This document shows, piece after piece, positions 32,277-41,759 of a stretch of 64,000 bases of DNA. The translations under genes were made by a program, and so were the position numbers. The notes beneath the pieces are model-generated. The model was not told the DNA's origin, ran no database searches, and worked only from the letters and a program-made list of their open reading frames with translations. The DNA is from Acidobacteriota bacterium (lineage in GTDB: Bacteria > Acidobacteriota > UBA6911). The stretch is taken from assembly GCA_963664705.1 (NCBI GenBank), contig OY761556.1, forward strand, positions 5,280,001 through 5,344,000. The letters are read 5' to 3'. Numbering within the stretch: the stretch's first letter is position 1; each line of letters begins with the position of its first letter.

Positions 32277-34243
32277 TACTTCCTCATCAATACCATCACA
32301 ACGATCAGTAGGACCAGAATCACTATGATCCCGCCCAAAATCAGGGGAAGCTTGGAATTCCCGGCAGGAGCGGGTACCAGATCGGCCGCAGGCGTGGGAG
32401 GAGGCGCTGCTGCCGGCACAGGTGCCGGCTCATCGGCGGGTAGTATGGCTTGAGCGCTGAACATGCGCGTATATTCGCCGGGTCCGGCGGGAGGCTGCGA
32501 GGCGGACGGTGCTTCGCCGGCGGATTCGATGCTTGTCGTTCCAAAGAGACGTGTAAATTCCCCGGCGGGAGCCGCAAATGCCGGCGGAGGAGTCGTACTG
32601 CCTCCCGGTTGGGGGGCGCCCGGCGCGGCAGGCGTCTGAAACATGCTCGTATATTGCCCCACCGATTCTTTTGCCGGCGGCGGAGGAGTTGTAGGGCCAC
32701 CTCCAAACACTTTGGTAAATTGACCTTGCCCGGTGCCGCCCGAAGTCGGAATAGCTCCGGATGGCGCCGGAGCCCGGAACAAACGAGTGAATTCGCCGGG
32801 CGCAGATTCAGTGGAAGAAACCACAGGTTTTGGTGGTTCAGGAGCAGGCGGGGGCGCAGCGGGAGGAGCCGCTTTGGCCGCAGGCTCAACCAAGGGAGCT
32901 GCCGGAGCCTGGAACAAACGAGTGAATTCACCGGGTGCAGATTCAGGAGATGGAGCCACAGGCTTTGGAGGCTCAGGAGCGGGCGGTCGAACCATGGGAG
33001 GAGCCACCTTGACCGCGGGCTCAACCGAAGGAGCCGCCGGAGCCCGGAACAAACGAGTGAATTCGCCAGGCGCAGATTCAGTGGAAGAAACCACAGGTTT
33101 TGGCGGTTCAGGTGCAGGCGGGGGAGCTGCGGGAGGAGCCGCTTTGGCCGCAGGCTCAACCAAGGGAGCCGCCGGAGCCTGGAACAAACGAGTGAATTCG
33201 CCAGGCGCAGATTCAGTGGAAGAAACCACAGGTTTTGGCGGTTCAGGAGCAGGCGGGGGAGCAGCGGGAGGAGCCGCTTTGACCGCGGGCTCAACCGAAG
33301 GAGCCGCCGGAGCCTGGAACAAACGAGTGAATTCGCCAGGCGCAGGTTCAGCGGAAGAAACCACAGGCTTTGGTGGTTCAGGAGCCGCTTTGACCGCGGG
33401 CTCAACCGAGGGAGCTGCCGGAGCCTGGAATAAACGAGTGAATTCACCGAGCGCCGGTTCGGAAGAAGGCGCCACAGGCTTGGGCGGCTCGGGAGCAGGC
33501 GGCGGAATTGGCGGAGCAACGTTGGTGTCGACCGGGGGGTCAACCGCAGGAGTCGCGGCAACCTGGAATAAGCCGGTAGATATGCCGACCGCAGGTTCCT
33601 CCAAAGCCACATTGGGCTGCGATGGTTCATAAGCCGGAACCGGTTCAGGGTTGATCGCTGCTGCGTCCATGGGAGGATCCGGTTGCTCTATCCGGGAAGG
33701 TCGCGGCGGTGTTGGAACCGGCGTCTCCTCAATCTTTGCGGAAGGTTCTCCCATGGGAGGCGCCGGAGTCTGAAACATCTGCGTAAAGCTGCCCGGAGCC
33801 GGCGGGGCTGCCGGTCGGAGAATATCTTCCTCGGTTTTGGCTGGGCTCTTTGCTATGTCTGCCGGTTTAGCTGCAGAATCCGGCTGTCGCTGCGGAATGT
33901 GCCAGACCCCGGCTTTTGCAAAGACATCCCGCCGCGGGGAGGGTTGCGGTGGAGCCGGAGATCTTGTTTCCGACGTTTTTTCCTTTAGATCCGCGAACCC
34001 ATTCAAGGGCAGGGTGACCACGAAAGGTGTGCCCTGGTTATTGCCGGTTTCAACCAATTCGGGAAAGAGAGTGCGATCAATTTTCCCCAGCCTGTCCAGC
34101 AGTTCAGCTTGCGCTCGGGCCTGGTCCCCGACGAAAAGAAAAACCGTGACCTCTCGCCCGGTGGACAGCTCGCGGGCAGAGAATAACTTCGCTTCGGTGT
34201 CTTCCTTAAGGGATACAAGCTGGTATTTCTCGTCAAAGCGCAT
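32276..34243 (-). CDS. Tail-anchored Pro/Ala-rich repeat protein with kinase-N-lobe-like head and 12 G-x-x-T-x-x-F motifs
   Basis: GGAG RBS before ATG 34243 (MRFDEKY); repeats such as GEFTRLF; C-terminal TM LPLILGGIIVILVLLIVVMVLM-RK. Confidence 0.85.
   Translation of the reverse strand: MRFDEKYQLVSLKEDTEAKLFSARELSTGREVTVFLFVGDQARAQAELLDRLGKIDRTLFPELVETGNNQGTPFVVTLPLNGFADLKEKTSETRSPAPPQPSPRRDVFAKAGVWHIPQRQPDSAAKPADIAKSPAKTEEDILRPAAPPAPGSFTQMFQTPAPPMGEPSAKIEETPVPTPPRPSRIEQPDPPMDAAAINPEPVPAYEPSQPNVALEEPAVGISTGLFQVAATPAVDPPVDTNVAPPIPPPAPEPPKPVAPSSEPALGEFTRLFQAPAAPSVEPAVKAAPEPPKPVVSSAEPAPGEFTRLFQAPAAPSVEPAVKAAPPAAPPPAPEPPKPVVSSTESAPGEFTRLFQAPAAPLVEPAAKAAPPAAPPPAPEPPKPVVSSTESAPGEFTRLFRAPAAPSVEPAVKVAPPMVRPPAPEPPKPVAPSPESAPGEFTRLFQAPAAPLVEPAAKAAPPAAPPPAPEPPKPVVSSTESAPGEFTRLFRAPAPSGAIPTSGGTGQGQFTKVFGGGPTTPPPPAKESVGQYTSMFQTPAAPGAPQPGGSTTPPPAFAAPAGEFTRLFGTTSIESAGEAPSASQPPAGPGEYTRMFSAQAILPADEPAPVPAAAPPPTPAADLVPAPAGNSKLPLILGGIIVILVLLIVVMVLMRK
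32770..33500. repeat. 135-bp in-frame tandem repeat (~5.5 units, one 111-bp unit)
   Basis: aaacgagtgaattc recurs at 32781, 32916, 33051, 33186, 33321 and 33432. Confidence 0.95.
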
Positions 34244-34581
34244 TGTTTGCTCCATTTTTGACCATGATAGCAGCAAAAAACCTTTTAATTATAGGGGATT
34301 ATGGGAAAGAAAATTGGCTGAATCCAGCCCGGTTAGGCCAAGGAAGCAAATGCCCGCGCGCCCTGATCTCGACCCGCCCCACCTTTTGCGCAGCCTATCC
34401 AATCCCTGGTTGCGCTACCGGGATAAGATCAACACATTCATTCATTGATTTTGTGATTTTGAGGCCTTACAAAATAGACTAGCATCGCGGAAGAATTGTG
34501 GAGTAATCTCTAATTCCTTACGAGTACTGTCGATAAGTGGATTGCGCGGCTGGCGTCCAGAATTATGCCCGGCGGGAAAAA

Positions 34582-35937
34582 ATGACGAAGCACCTATCGA
34601 GAGTTGTCTGGTCAGAGGGGATGTACCTGGCTCCACACCATTTCCAGGTGCAAAGCAGATATTTCGAAGATTCTATTCACTTTGCTATTTCCGCTCTCTG
34701 CTACGAGCCCTATGGATTCATTGGCTGCGGACTGGATGCCGAGGCGTTGCGCAACGGCACTCTTTCCCTCCTGCATGCCCGAGGGATTCTTCCGGATGGA
34801 ACGCCGTTCCAGATGCCGGACAGCGACCCGCTGCCGCCCGCAAGAAACATAGCGGATTTGTTTCCCCCGACGCGAGACAAAGTGTTGGTTCTGCTGGCGC
34901 TCCCCGAGCGAAAGCCGGGTGGCGGCAACTGTGATCAGCCGCAAGCCCCCGATACGCAAGCCCGTTATAAAGCGGAAACGAAAGCTGTTTCGGATGAGAC
35001 AACCGGACGCGATGAGAAGCCGGTCCTGGTTGGGCAGAAGAACTTCACACTCCTGTTGGATTCGGAAGAGCGCGAAGGAATCCTCGGCATGCCAGTGGCG
35101 CGCATCACGAGGGACGGAACCGGCCATTTTATTTTTGATCCCGACTTTATTCCGCCGCTGGTAACGATAGCCGCCAGCGACTGCCTGATGAATCTGCTGA
35201 AAAGGCTGGTTGAAATACTTGATGAAAAAAGCGCCAGCCTTTCGACCGGCAGCGCCGCCACGGCAAGGACCTGGGCTGAGTATTCCACGCGCGACGTCGC
35301 GCAGTTCTGGCTGCTTCATACCGTGAACTCCGGACTGGCGCCGCTGCGCGAAATGTATACGGGGCGGCATATCCACCCGGAACAGTTATTTGTACAAATG
35401 CTGCGGCTGGCCGGAGCATTGTGTACCTTTGCCATAGAAGCCCATCCGCGTGAATTACCGGTGTACGATCACCTGGATTTGACAGGATGTTTTGGCGCCT
35501 TGGATCATTATATCCGCGCGCATCTGGAAACCGTTGTTCCCACGAATGTGCTTTCGATCCCTTTACAGAAAACCGCGAATTATTTCTACGAGGCGAAAAT
35601 CACAGATCAGCGCTGCCTCGACCGGGCGCGATGGATTTTTTCCATTCGCAGCGCCACCGGCGAGGTGGAGATAATTTCTAAAACGCCCCAGCTGGTAAAA
35701 ATCTGTTCGAAGCTTTTTGTTCCCAAGCTGGTTGAAAGAGCTTTACCCGGGATGGCGCTGACGCATCTCCCCACACCGCCCTCCGCTATTTCCACTCAGG
35801 TCGACGCGCAATATTTCAGTATCAACCGTTCCGGCCCTTGCTGGGAGCATATTGTCCAGACACGGGAGGTTGGAGTTTATATCCCGGGCGAACTGCCCGA
35901 TCCGGAACTCCAATTGTTGGTTATCCTCGAATCCTGA
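34582..35937 (+). CDS. tssK: T6SS baseplate TssK (copy 2)
   Basis: MTKHLSRVVWSEGMYLAPHHFQ, GILPDG, FIPP, HPEQLF, LPVYDHLDL; first gene of tssK-L-M. Confidence 0.93.
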   Translation: MTKHLSRVVWSEGMYLAPHHFQVQSRYFEDSIHFAISALCYEPYGFIGCGLDAEALRNGTLSLLHARGILPDGTPFQMPDSDPLPPARNIADLFPPTRDKVLVLLALPERKPGGGNCDQPQAPDTQARYKAETKAVSDETTGRDEKPVLVGQKNFTLLLDSEEREGILGMPVARITRDGTGHFIFDPDFIPPLVTIAASDCLMNLLKRLVEILDEKSASLSTGSAATARTWAEYSTRDVAQFWLLHTVNSGLAPLREMYTGRHIHPEQLFVQMLRLAGALCTFAIEAHPRELPVYDHLDLTGCFGALDHYIRAHLETVVPTNVLSIPLQKTANYFYEAKITDQRCLDRARWIFSIRSATGEVEIISKTPQLVKICSKLFVPKLVERALPGMALTHLPTPPSAISTQVDAQYFSINRSGPCWEHIVQTREVGVYIPGELPDPELQLLVILES

Positions 35938-35952
35938 TAAGGAGACTCCGCC

Positions 35953-36666
35953 ATGACACCCAACTCCGGTTCTCCCGCCTCGATCCGGCGGCATGAGAAC
36001 CTCGCACTGGTTTTTCAGGAGATCCTGGTCGGCAGCGAACGACTTCGTTCCGGCCGCCTGACTGTTACCGACCCTGCCCTTTTTCGCCAGCAGATCATCG
36101 AAGCCTTGAAGGCTGCGGACCAGCAGGCGCGCAGCCAGGGATACGGTGCCGAGGATATCAAATTTGCTATCTTTGCAGTTGTAGCCTTTGTGGATGAATC
36201 CGTGCTGAATCTTCGGTTGCCCGTCTTTGCCGACTGGCCGAGACGACCGCTGCAGGAAGAGCTTTTCGGCCATCACATTGCCGGGGAGATCTTTTTTAAA
36301 AACCTGCAGGAGCTTCTGGGGAAGAACGACTCGAATGATCTGGCGGATCTTCTCGAAGTCTACCTCCTGTGTCTTCTCCTCGGATTCGCGGGGCGCTATA
36401 GCCTGGGAGATCGTGGAGCTCTCCGGGCGATTACCGAGGCAACCGCCGAGAAGATCAGGCGAATTCGCGGCAGCGTAGGCCCTATTTCGCCTGCATGGGA
36501 ATTGCCGGCAGAAACGCTGCAGGTTTCGGGCGCCGATCCTTGGGTTCGGAAAATCGGCATTGTCGCGGCAGCGTGTTTTGTTTTTGCTCTGATTCTGTTC
36601 ATAGCCTACAAAACCATGCTCGGCTCGGGCATATCCGGCTTGAGCAGCCTTGCTGGAAGGTTCTGA
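35953..36666 (+). CDS. tssL: T6SS TssL/DotU (short form, no OmpA domain)
   Basis: AFVDESVL, W..RPLQEELFG, AGEIFF, EVYLLCLLLGFAGRY, C-terminal TM. Confidence 0.93.
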   Translation: MTPNSGSPASIRRHENLALVFQEILVGSERLRSGRLTVTDPALFRQQIIEALKAADQQARSQGYGAEDIKFAIFAVVAFVDESVLNLRLPVFADWPRRPLQEELFGHHIAGEIFFKNLQELLGKNDSNDLADLLEVYLLCLLLGFAGRYSLGDRGALRAITEATAEKIRRIRGSVGPISPAWELPAETLQVSGADPWVRKIGIVAAACFVFALILFIAYKTMLGSGISGLSSLAGRF

Positions 36667-36679
36667 GGGAGAGACCATC

Positions 36680-39600
36680 ATGAAAATCTACTGGACGGCG
36701 GGCGCTGCACTTGTTGGATATCTGCTCCTGGCATGGGTAACCGAAAGCGTTCTACATCTCGACACGACGCGTTTCTACATCGTATTCGCAATACTTGCGG
36801 CTCTTGGAATCGGAGTAACCGCTGTTTTTCTCTGGCTGTGGAACAAGAAGGAAGGTTCCTCCGGCCAAGGGTCCGGAACCATGGACCGCGATGATGAAAT
36901 TGACGGATTGATTCGCGAAGCGGAAAACCGGCTTGCCGCATCCAATCTTGCAAAAGGCTCCAAGATGGCTAACCTGCCGGTCATCTTTGTCATGGGAGAC
37001 CCGGGCGCCACAAAAACCAGCACCATTGTAAACTCTGGGCTGGATCCGGAACTGCTTGCCGGCAACGTCTACCAGGACACCACTATTGTTTCAACGCGGC
37101 TTGCAAACATCTGGTTTACGCGGGGCATGATTTTTGTCGAAGCAGGGGGGAAACTGCTGACCGATCCTCAAAGATGGAGCCGGCTGCTGCAGCGTTTGCG
37201 TCCGGGTCGGCTGAGTTCTGCCGTACGCAATGAACAAGCGCCGCGTGCCGCTCTGTTGTGTTTTGATGCGGAAACGTTTGTCAGACCGGGATCGACGGAA
37301 GCCGCGAATGCCGCGTCCAGAAATCTACAGAAAAGGCTCGGCGAGATCTCACAGTATTTGGGGATCAGCTATCCGGTCTATGTTCTTTTTACAAAAATGA
37401 ACCGGGTCGCTTTCTTTGAGGAGTTCGTTCGCAACTTTAATAATGAAGAAGCGCAGCAGGTGCTTGGAGCAACGCTGCCGATGCAGACGCAGGCGATCAG
37501 CGGCACCTATGCCGATGAGCAGTCGAAGCGGATCGGCACATATTTCGATGACGTTTTTTATTCGCTCGCTGATCACCGGATCAGCTTGCTGCCGCGTGAA
37601 AACGATGCGCAGAAGCTTCCCGGCGCGTACGAATTTCCACGTGAATTCCGCAAGATGCGGAATGGCATTGTGCAATTCCTTGTGGATTTGTGCCGACCCA
37701 GCCAACTGAATGTCAGCCCGTTCCTGAGAGGTTTCTATTTCTCGGGAGTTCGTCCGATCATTGTTCAGGACACGCCTGTCGAAGCGCCAAGACCCTCAGC
37801 GGCTGCACAGCGCAATCCCTTTGAAGCGGCCGGAACAGCCACGGGGTTTTTCAAGGCGGGAGATTTACCTAAACAGATCCAGACACCCTTGGTTCAATCC
37901 GGGACAGGTACGCGCAAAGTCCCGCAATGGATATTCCTGAACCAGCTTTTCACCGGCATCATCCTTAGAGACAGAACGGCCTTGAGTGCAAGCGGAAGCA
38001 GTACGAGAACCAGCACCCTGCAGCGTGTGCTTCTGGCAGCTGCCGCTGCGCTATTTCTGATCCTCGCCGTTGGGTTCACGGTTTCTTTCTTCGGCAATAA
38101 GGCGCTCGTAAAGGAAATTGCGGACGCAGTCGCCGGGATTCCAGCGGGAGAGGCCAGCGGGATGAATCTCCCAAGCAAGGCCGCGTTGCAGAAACTTGAG
38201 GACTTGAGGATGAGTCTGGTCAAGCTGACCCGGTACGAGGAAGAGGGCGCGCCGCTCGGGCTTCGCTGGTTTCTGTATACAGGCGGGGATCTCTATCCCG
38301 AGGCACGTCGGCTGTATTATACCCGGTTCAACCAGCTGCTTTTCATTCAGACACAGGGGCAAATGCTCGGTAGCCTTAGGATGTTAGCCATTCCGCCGGC
38401 GCCCACGGATGATTACGCCAAAAACTATGACACGCTAAAGGCGTACCTCATCACCACATCGGAAAGCAAGCGCAGTTCAAAGTGGCTTTCTCCCGTACTA
38501 TTAAGCCGCTGGTCTGAAGGAAGAACCATCGATCCCGCTATTCTGCCGCTTGTCGTCAAGCAGTTCGATTTCTATTCGGAAGATCTCGCACGGGCAAATC
38601 CGTTTACGGACAAAAACGATGCCGCAGCTATCGATCGGGCGCGGCAACACCTATCCAGGTTTTCGGGCACGGAACAGATTTACCAGTTCATGCTTGCGGA
38701 TGCTTCGCGTCGGTCCAAGAAGGTCAATTTCAACGAACAGTTTCCCGGCTCCGCAGAGACCGTCATCAACAACCTGGATATTCCCGGTGCCTATACAAAA
38801 GCCGGGTGGACGGCAATGCAGGAAAACCTGGCTAAAGCGGACAAATTCTTTGGCGGCGAGCGATGGGTACTGGGAGACTATGCCGCCGCACAGCCCGATC
38901 TTGCAAAGATGCAGGAGGAACTGCGTGGACGTTATACTGCCGAATATCTCGAAAAATGGCGCGAGTTCATGCGCATCAGCCGCGTGGTTCGGTATAACGG
39001 GTTGAAGGACGCCGTAAAAAAACTGAATGTGCTTTCGGGGGCGCAGACTCCTTTGATGGCTCTCTTCTGGGTAGCCTCGCAGAATACGTCGGTCGGTTCA
39101 CCAAAATTGACGGAAGCCTTTGATTCGGTTCAGAAGGTCGTTCCTCCGCCGGCCACGACGGTCCAATATGTGTGGCCAACGAACCAGGAATATATGGGGT
39201 CCCTGGCGTCGCTGCAGAGCGCAATCAACCAGGTGGCGGATGTTTCCGGTCCTCCGGATCCCAATATCGCTTTGCCGGTGAAACAGAGCGCCGACAGCGC
39301 ACACAATATCGTCAAGAAGATGGGCTATACCTTCAGGATAGATCCGGATGCGCATATAGAGACCGTTACCAGCAAGCTTTTGGAAGCTCCAATTGATTAC
39401 GTCGATGCGTTGACAAAAGGCATGGGCGCCGGGGAAATCAACCTCAAGGCAGGCAGGTTCTGCTCTGATTTTGCGAAGGTCTCCTCCAAATTCCCATTTA
39501 ATCCGACAGCCAAGACGGAAGTGACGCTTCAGGAACTGGGTGCGATCTTCCGGCCACGGGATGGGCAGCTTTGGACGTTCTTCAACGATACGCTTCAGCG

Positions 39601-40144
39601 CTATCTTCAGAAACAAGGGGCTCTATATGTGGCAAACCCATCGGGCAACATTCAGCTGACGCCGGGCTTTATTGCATTTTTTAATGCAGCCGCGCGATTT
39701 TCAGATGCTGTTTATCCCGGCGGCGCCAGCGAGCCGAACTTCCGCTACATTTTGAATCCACAGAAATCGGACCAGATCAAGGAAATGAGCGTTTCGATTG
39801 ATGGTCAGACAACCAAGGGTCAAAAGCAGTATGTCTGGACAGGAAATGCGAACCACAGTGTCCGGATCAGCGCAAAACTCCAGGGTGGATCGGATTTCGA
39901 TTTCCAGGATCGCACGGGAATATGGTCGTTGTTCCATTTCTTTGCGGATGCTGATCGATGGAACCCCAATGGCAATGGATACCTGCTTGAATGGGTTGTT
40001 CGCCAGGGACGAGAAGGGCGGCCGGTAATGGTTGGCGGAAAAGAACTCACCTACCGGTTCGTGGTAGAAACCGGAGGCGCCGCGCCGGTATTCCAGAAGG
40101 AATTTCTCAGCGGAATGAGGTGCACCTCTCAGGCTGTGAAATAG
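36680..40144 (+). CDS. tssM: T6SS membrane subunit TssM/IcmF
   Basis: Two N-terminal TMs, LPVIFVMGDPGATKT, YPVYVLFTK, PFLRGFYFSG, third TM, YDTLKAYL, IPGAYT, KFPFN, GIWSLFHF. Confidence 0.92.
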   Translation: MKIYWTAGAALVGYLLLAWVTESVLHLDTTRFYIVFAILAALGIGVTAVFLWLWNKKEGSSGQGSGTMDRDDEIDGLIREAENRLAASNLAKGSKMANLPVIFVMGDPGATKTSTIVNSGLDPELLAGNVYQDTTIVSTRLANIWFTRGMIFVEAGGKLLTDPQRWSRLLQRLRPGRLSSAVRNEQAPRAALLCFDAETFVRPGSTEAANAASRNLQKRLGEISQYLGISYPVYVLFTKMNRVAFFEEFVRNFNNEEAQQVLGATLPMQTQAISGTYADEQSKRIGTYFDDVFYSLADHRISLLPRENDAQKLPGAYEFPREFRKMRNGIVQFLVDLCRPSQLNVSPFLRGFYFSGVRPIIVQDTPVEAPRPSAAAQRNPFEAAGTATGFFKAGDLPKQIQTPLVQSGTGTRKVPQWIFLNQLFTGIILRDRTALSASGSSTRTSTLQRVLLAAAAALFLILAVGFTVSFFGNKALVKEIADAVAGIPAGEASGMNLPSKAALQKLEDLRMSLVKLTRYEEEGAPLGLRWFLYTGGDLYPEARRLYYTRFNQLLFIQTQGQMLGSLRMLAIPPAPTDDYAKNYDTLKAYLITTSESKRSSKWLSPVLLSRWSEGRTIDPAILPLVVKQFDFYSEDLARANPFTDKNDAAAIDRARQHLSRFSGTEQIYQFMLADASRRSKKVNFNEQFPGSAETVINNLDIPGAYTKAGWTAMQENLAKADKFFGGERWVLGDYAAAQPDLAKMQEELRGRYTAEYLEKWREFMRISRVVRYNGLKDAVKKLNVLSGAQTPLMALFWVASQNTSVGSPKLTEAFDSVQKVVPPPATTVQYVWPTNQEYMGSLASLQSAINQVADVSGPPDPNIALPVKQSADSAHNIVKKMGYTFRIDPDAHIETVTSKLLEAPIDYVDALTKGMGAGEINLKAGRFCSDFAKVSSKFPFNPTAKTEVTLQELGAIFRPRDGQLWTFFNDTLQRYLQKQGALYVANPSGNIQLTPGFIAFFNAAARFSDAVYPGGASEPNFRYILNPQKSDQIKEMSVSIDGQTTKGQKQYVWTGNANHSVRISAKLQGGSDFDFQDRTGIWSLFHFFADADRWNPNGNGYLLEWVVRQGREGRPVMVGGKELTYRFVVETGGAAPVFQKEFLSGMRCTSQAVK

Positions 40145-40177
40145 AAAAGATGAAGCGAGGAGCCAGGAGCCAGGCCA

Positions 40178-41605
40178 TTGCCGGATAAATATGATGTAGT
40201 CAGATATCCCAGTTTCCCGAGGGATCAAAGCCATCCAGCATACATTGCAGCACTGGCGGCTGTCGCAGGGCTGAAAACGCCTCCTGTAGGGCAGTGGCGC
40301 GTTCTCGAAATCGGGTGCGGCGATGCGTCCAATATCCTGCCACTGGCCGTGGAGTATCCGAACGGGCAGTTTGTTGGAGTGGATCGAGCGGCGCAGCCGC
40401 TGAATGTCGGCCAAACACTTGCCCTCGATCTCAAGCTTTCAAACCTCGACTTGATCTGCGCCGATCTGATGGATTGGAAGCCGGGAAGCGAATTCGATTA
40501 TATCGTTGCGCATGGTGTGTTTTCATGGGTTCCGCAGGAAGTCCGGCGGAAGATCCTGCAGCTTTGCAGTGAGAGTCTGAAGCCTGCGGGTATTGCTTTT
40601 ATCAGCTACAATGCCCTTCCCGGCTGCCATTTTCGTCGCTATGTCCGGGATTTGCTTCGATTTCATGTGCGCCGCGATAGTGACCCGGTGTTCCGAATCG
40701 GCAAAGCTCGGGATTTTGCCCGGTTCATGACGGAAATGCACGGCGACGAACCGCTTCAAAATGCCCTGCGGTATGAATTCAATACGCTGCTGGAACGGGA
40801 TGAGACGGCTCTCTACCATGACGACCTGGCCGAGGTAAATGATCCCTTTTATCTAATGGATTTTGTCGGGCTGGCTGCGGAGTATGGCCTCCAGTATCTG
40901 GGAGATGCCGATCCAATCCGTGATGATCTGCAAGGGCACGCGCCATTTGCTGAAAACTGGCTGGAAGCCAGGCAATACATGGATTTCATGACCAGGCGAA
41001 GATTCAGGGAGACGCTGTTATGCAGGCGGGAGATCTCACTGGACCGTTATCTCAGGATGGAATCGCTGAAGGAGATGTATATTGCATCCCGTTTGACACC
41101 GGGCAAGCTGGAAGACGGCGATGTGCAGACATTCTCGTTTCCCAAGGCGGGCACGCTGAGTACGAATAATCCTATCATCCGGGAAATTTTGTTGCGGCTC
41201 TGCAGTATCTGGCCGGCATCGATGCCTGTTTCGGAATTTCCACTCCATGACCAGGATCCCAAGGCGATCGCTGAGCTTCTGATGCAACTGGTCAGGAATA
41301 AGGCATTGGATATAAGGGCCACTCCTCCCCAAATTGCCGACTGGGTAGGCGAACGTCCGCAGGCAAGTGCGCTCGCGAGAATTCAAGTGGCACAGGGTTA
41401 CCCCATGGTAACCAATCAACGGCATCAGAATGTCGAATTGGGCGACGACCGGAGTCGGAAGCTGATCGCCCTTCTGGATGGAACGCGTGATCGTACCGCG
41501 CTGCTGGATGAGCTTGGGTCCTTTGGGGCGGATCGCGCGGAAATCGCTCAAATGCTGGAAAATGCTCTCATTGAACTTCACCGGTGTTGTCTGCTTACCC
41601 GCTGA
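40178..41605 (+). CDS. Protein lysine methyltransferase-like enzyme (Rickettsia PKMT / methyltransferase regulatory domain family)
   Basis: YDVVRYPS, RVLEIGCGDASNILPLA..YP...FVGVD, FDYIVAHGVFSWVP, GIAFISYNALPG, YHDDLAEVNDPFY, QYMDFMTRRRFRETLL, LLDGTR. Confidence 0.82.
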   Translation: MPDKYDVVRYPSFPRDQSHPAYIAALAAVAGLKTPPVGQWRVLEIGCGDASNILPLAVEYPNGQFVGVDRAAQPLNVGQTLALDLKLSNLDLICADLMDWKPGSEFDYIVAHGVFSWVPQEVRRKILQLCSESLKPAGIAFISYNALPGCHFRRYVRDLLRFHVRRDSDPVFRIGKARDFARFMTEMHGDEPLQNALRYEFNTLLERDETALYHDDLAEVNDPFYLMDFVGLAAEYGLQYLGDADPIRDDLQGHAPFAENWLEARQYMDFMTRRRFRETLLCRREISLDRYLRMESLKEMYIASRLTPGKLEDGDVQTFSFPKAGTLSTNNPIIREILLRLCSIWPASMPVSEFPLHDQDPKAIAELLMQLVRNKALDIRATPPQIADWVGERPQASALARIQVAQGYPMVTNQRHQNVELGDDRSRKLIALLDGTRDRTALLDELGSFGADRAEIAQMLENALIELHRCCLLTR

Positions 41606-41759
41606 TCCAAGAACGGAATTGCGGTGAAAGGCCAAATGCCTGCATGGGAGGGACTGTGCTAATTCCCTGGCCGGAATAGTTCGATAAATGATATTGGATT
41701 TCTGATGTGAGGGATGTTCGGCCAGAGTATAATTTTCTCAAAAAGAAGAGAGGTCGGTT

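Noticed and set aside
32770-33500. Repeat array considered as a CRISPR
   Set aside because: Units are 135 bp, coding and lack unique spacers; no cas genes.
32341-33632. Alternative-frame and antisense long ORFs across the repeat (429, 327 and 299 aa)
   Set aside because: Stop-free by-products of a GC-rich in-frame tandem repeat.
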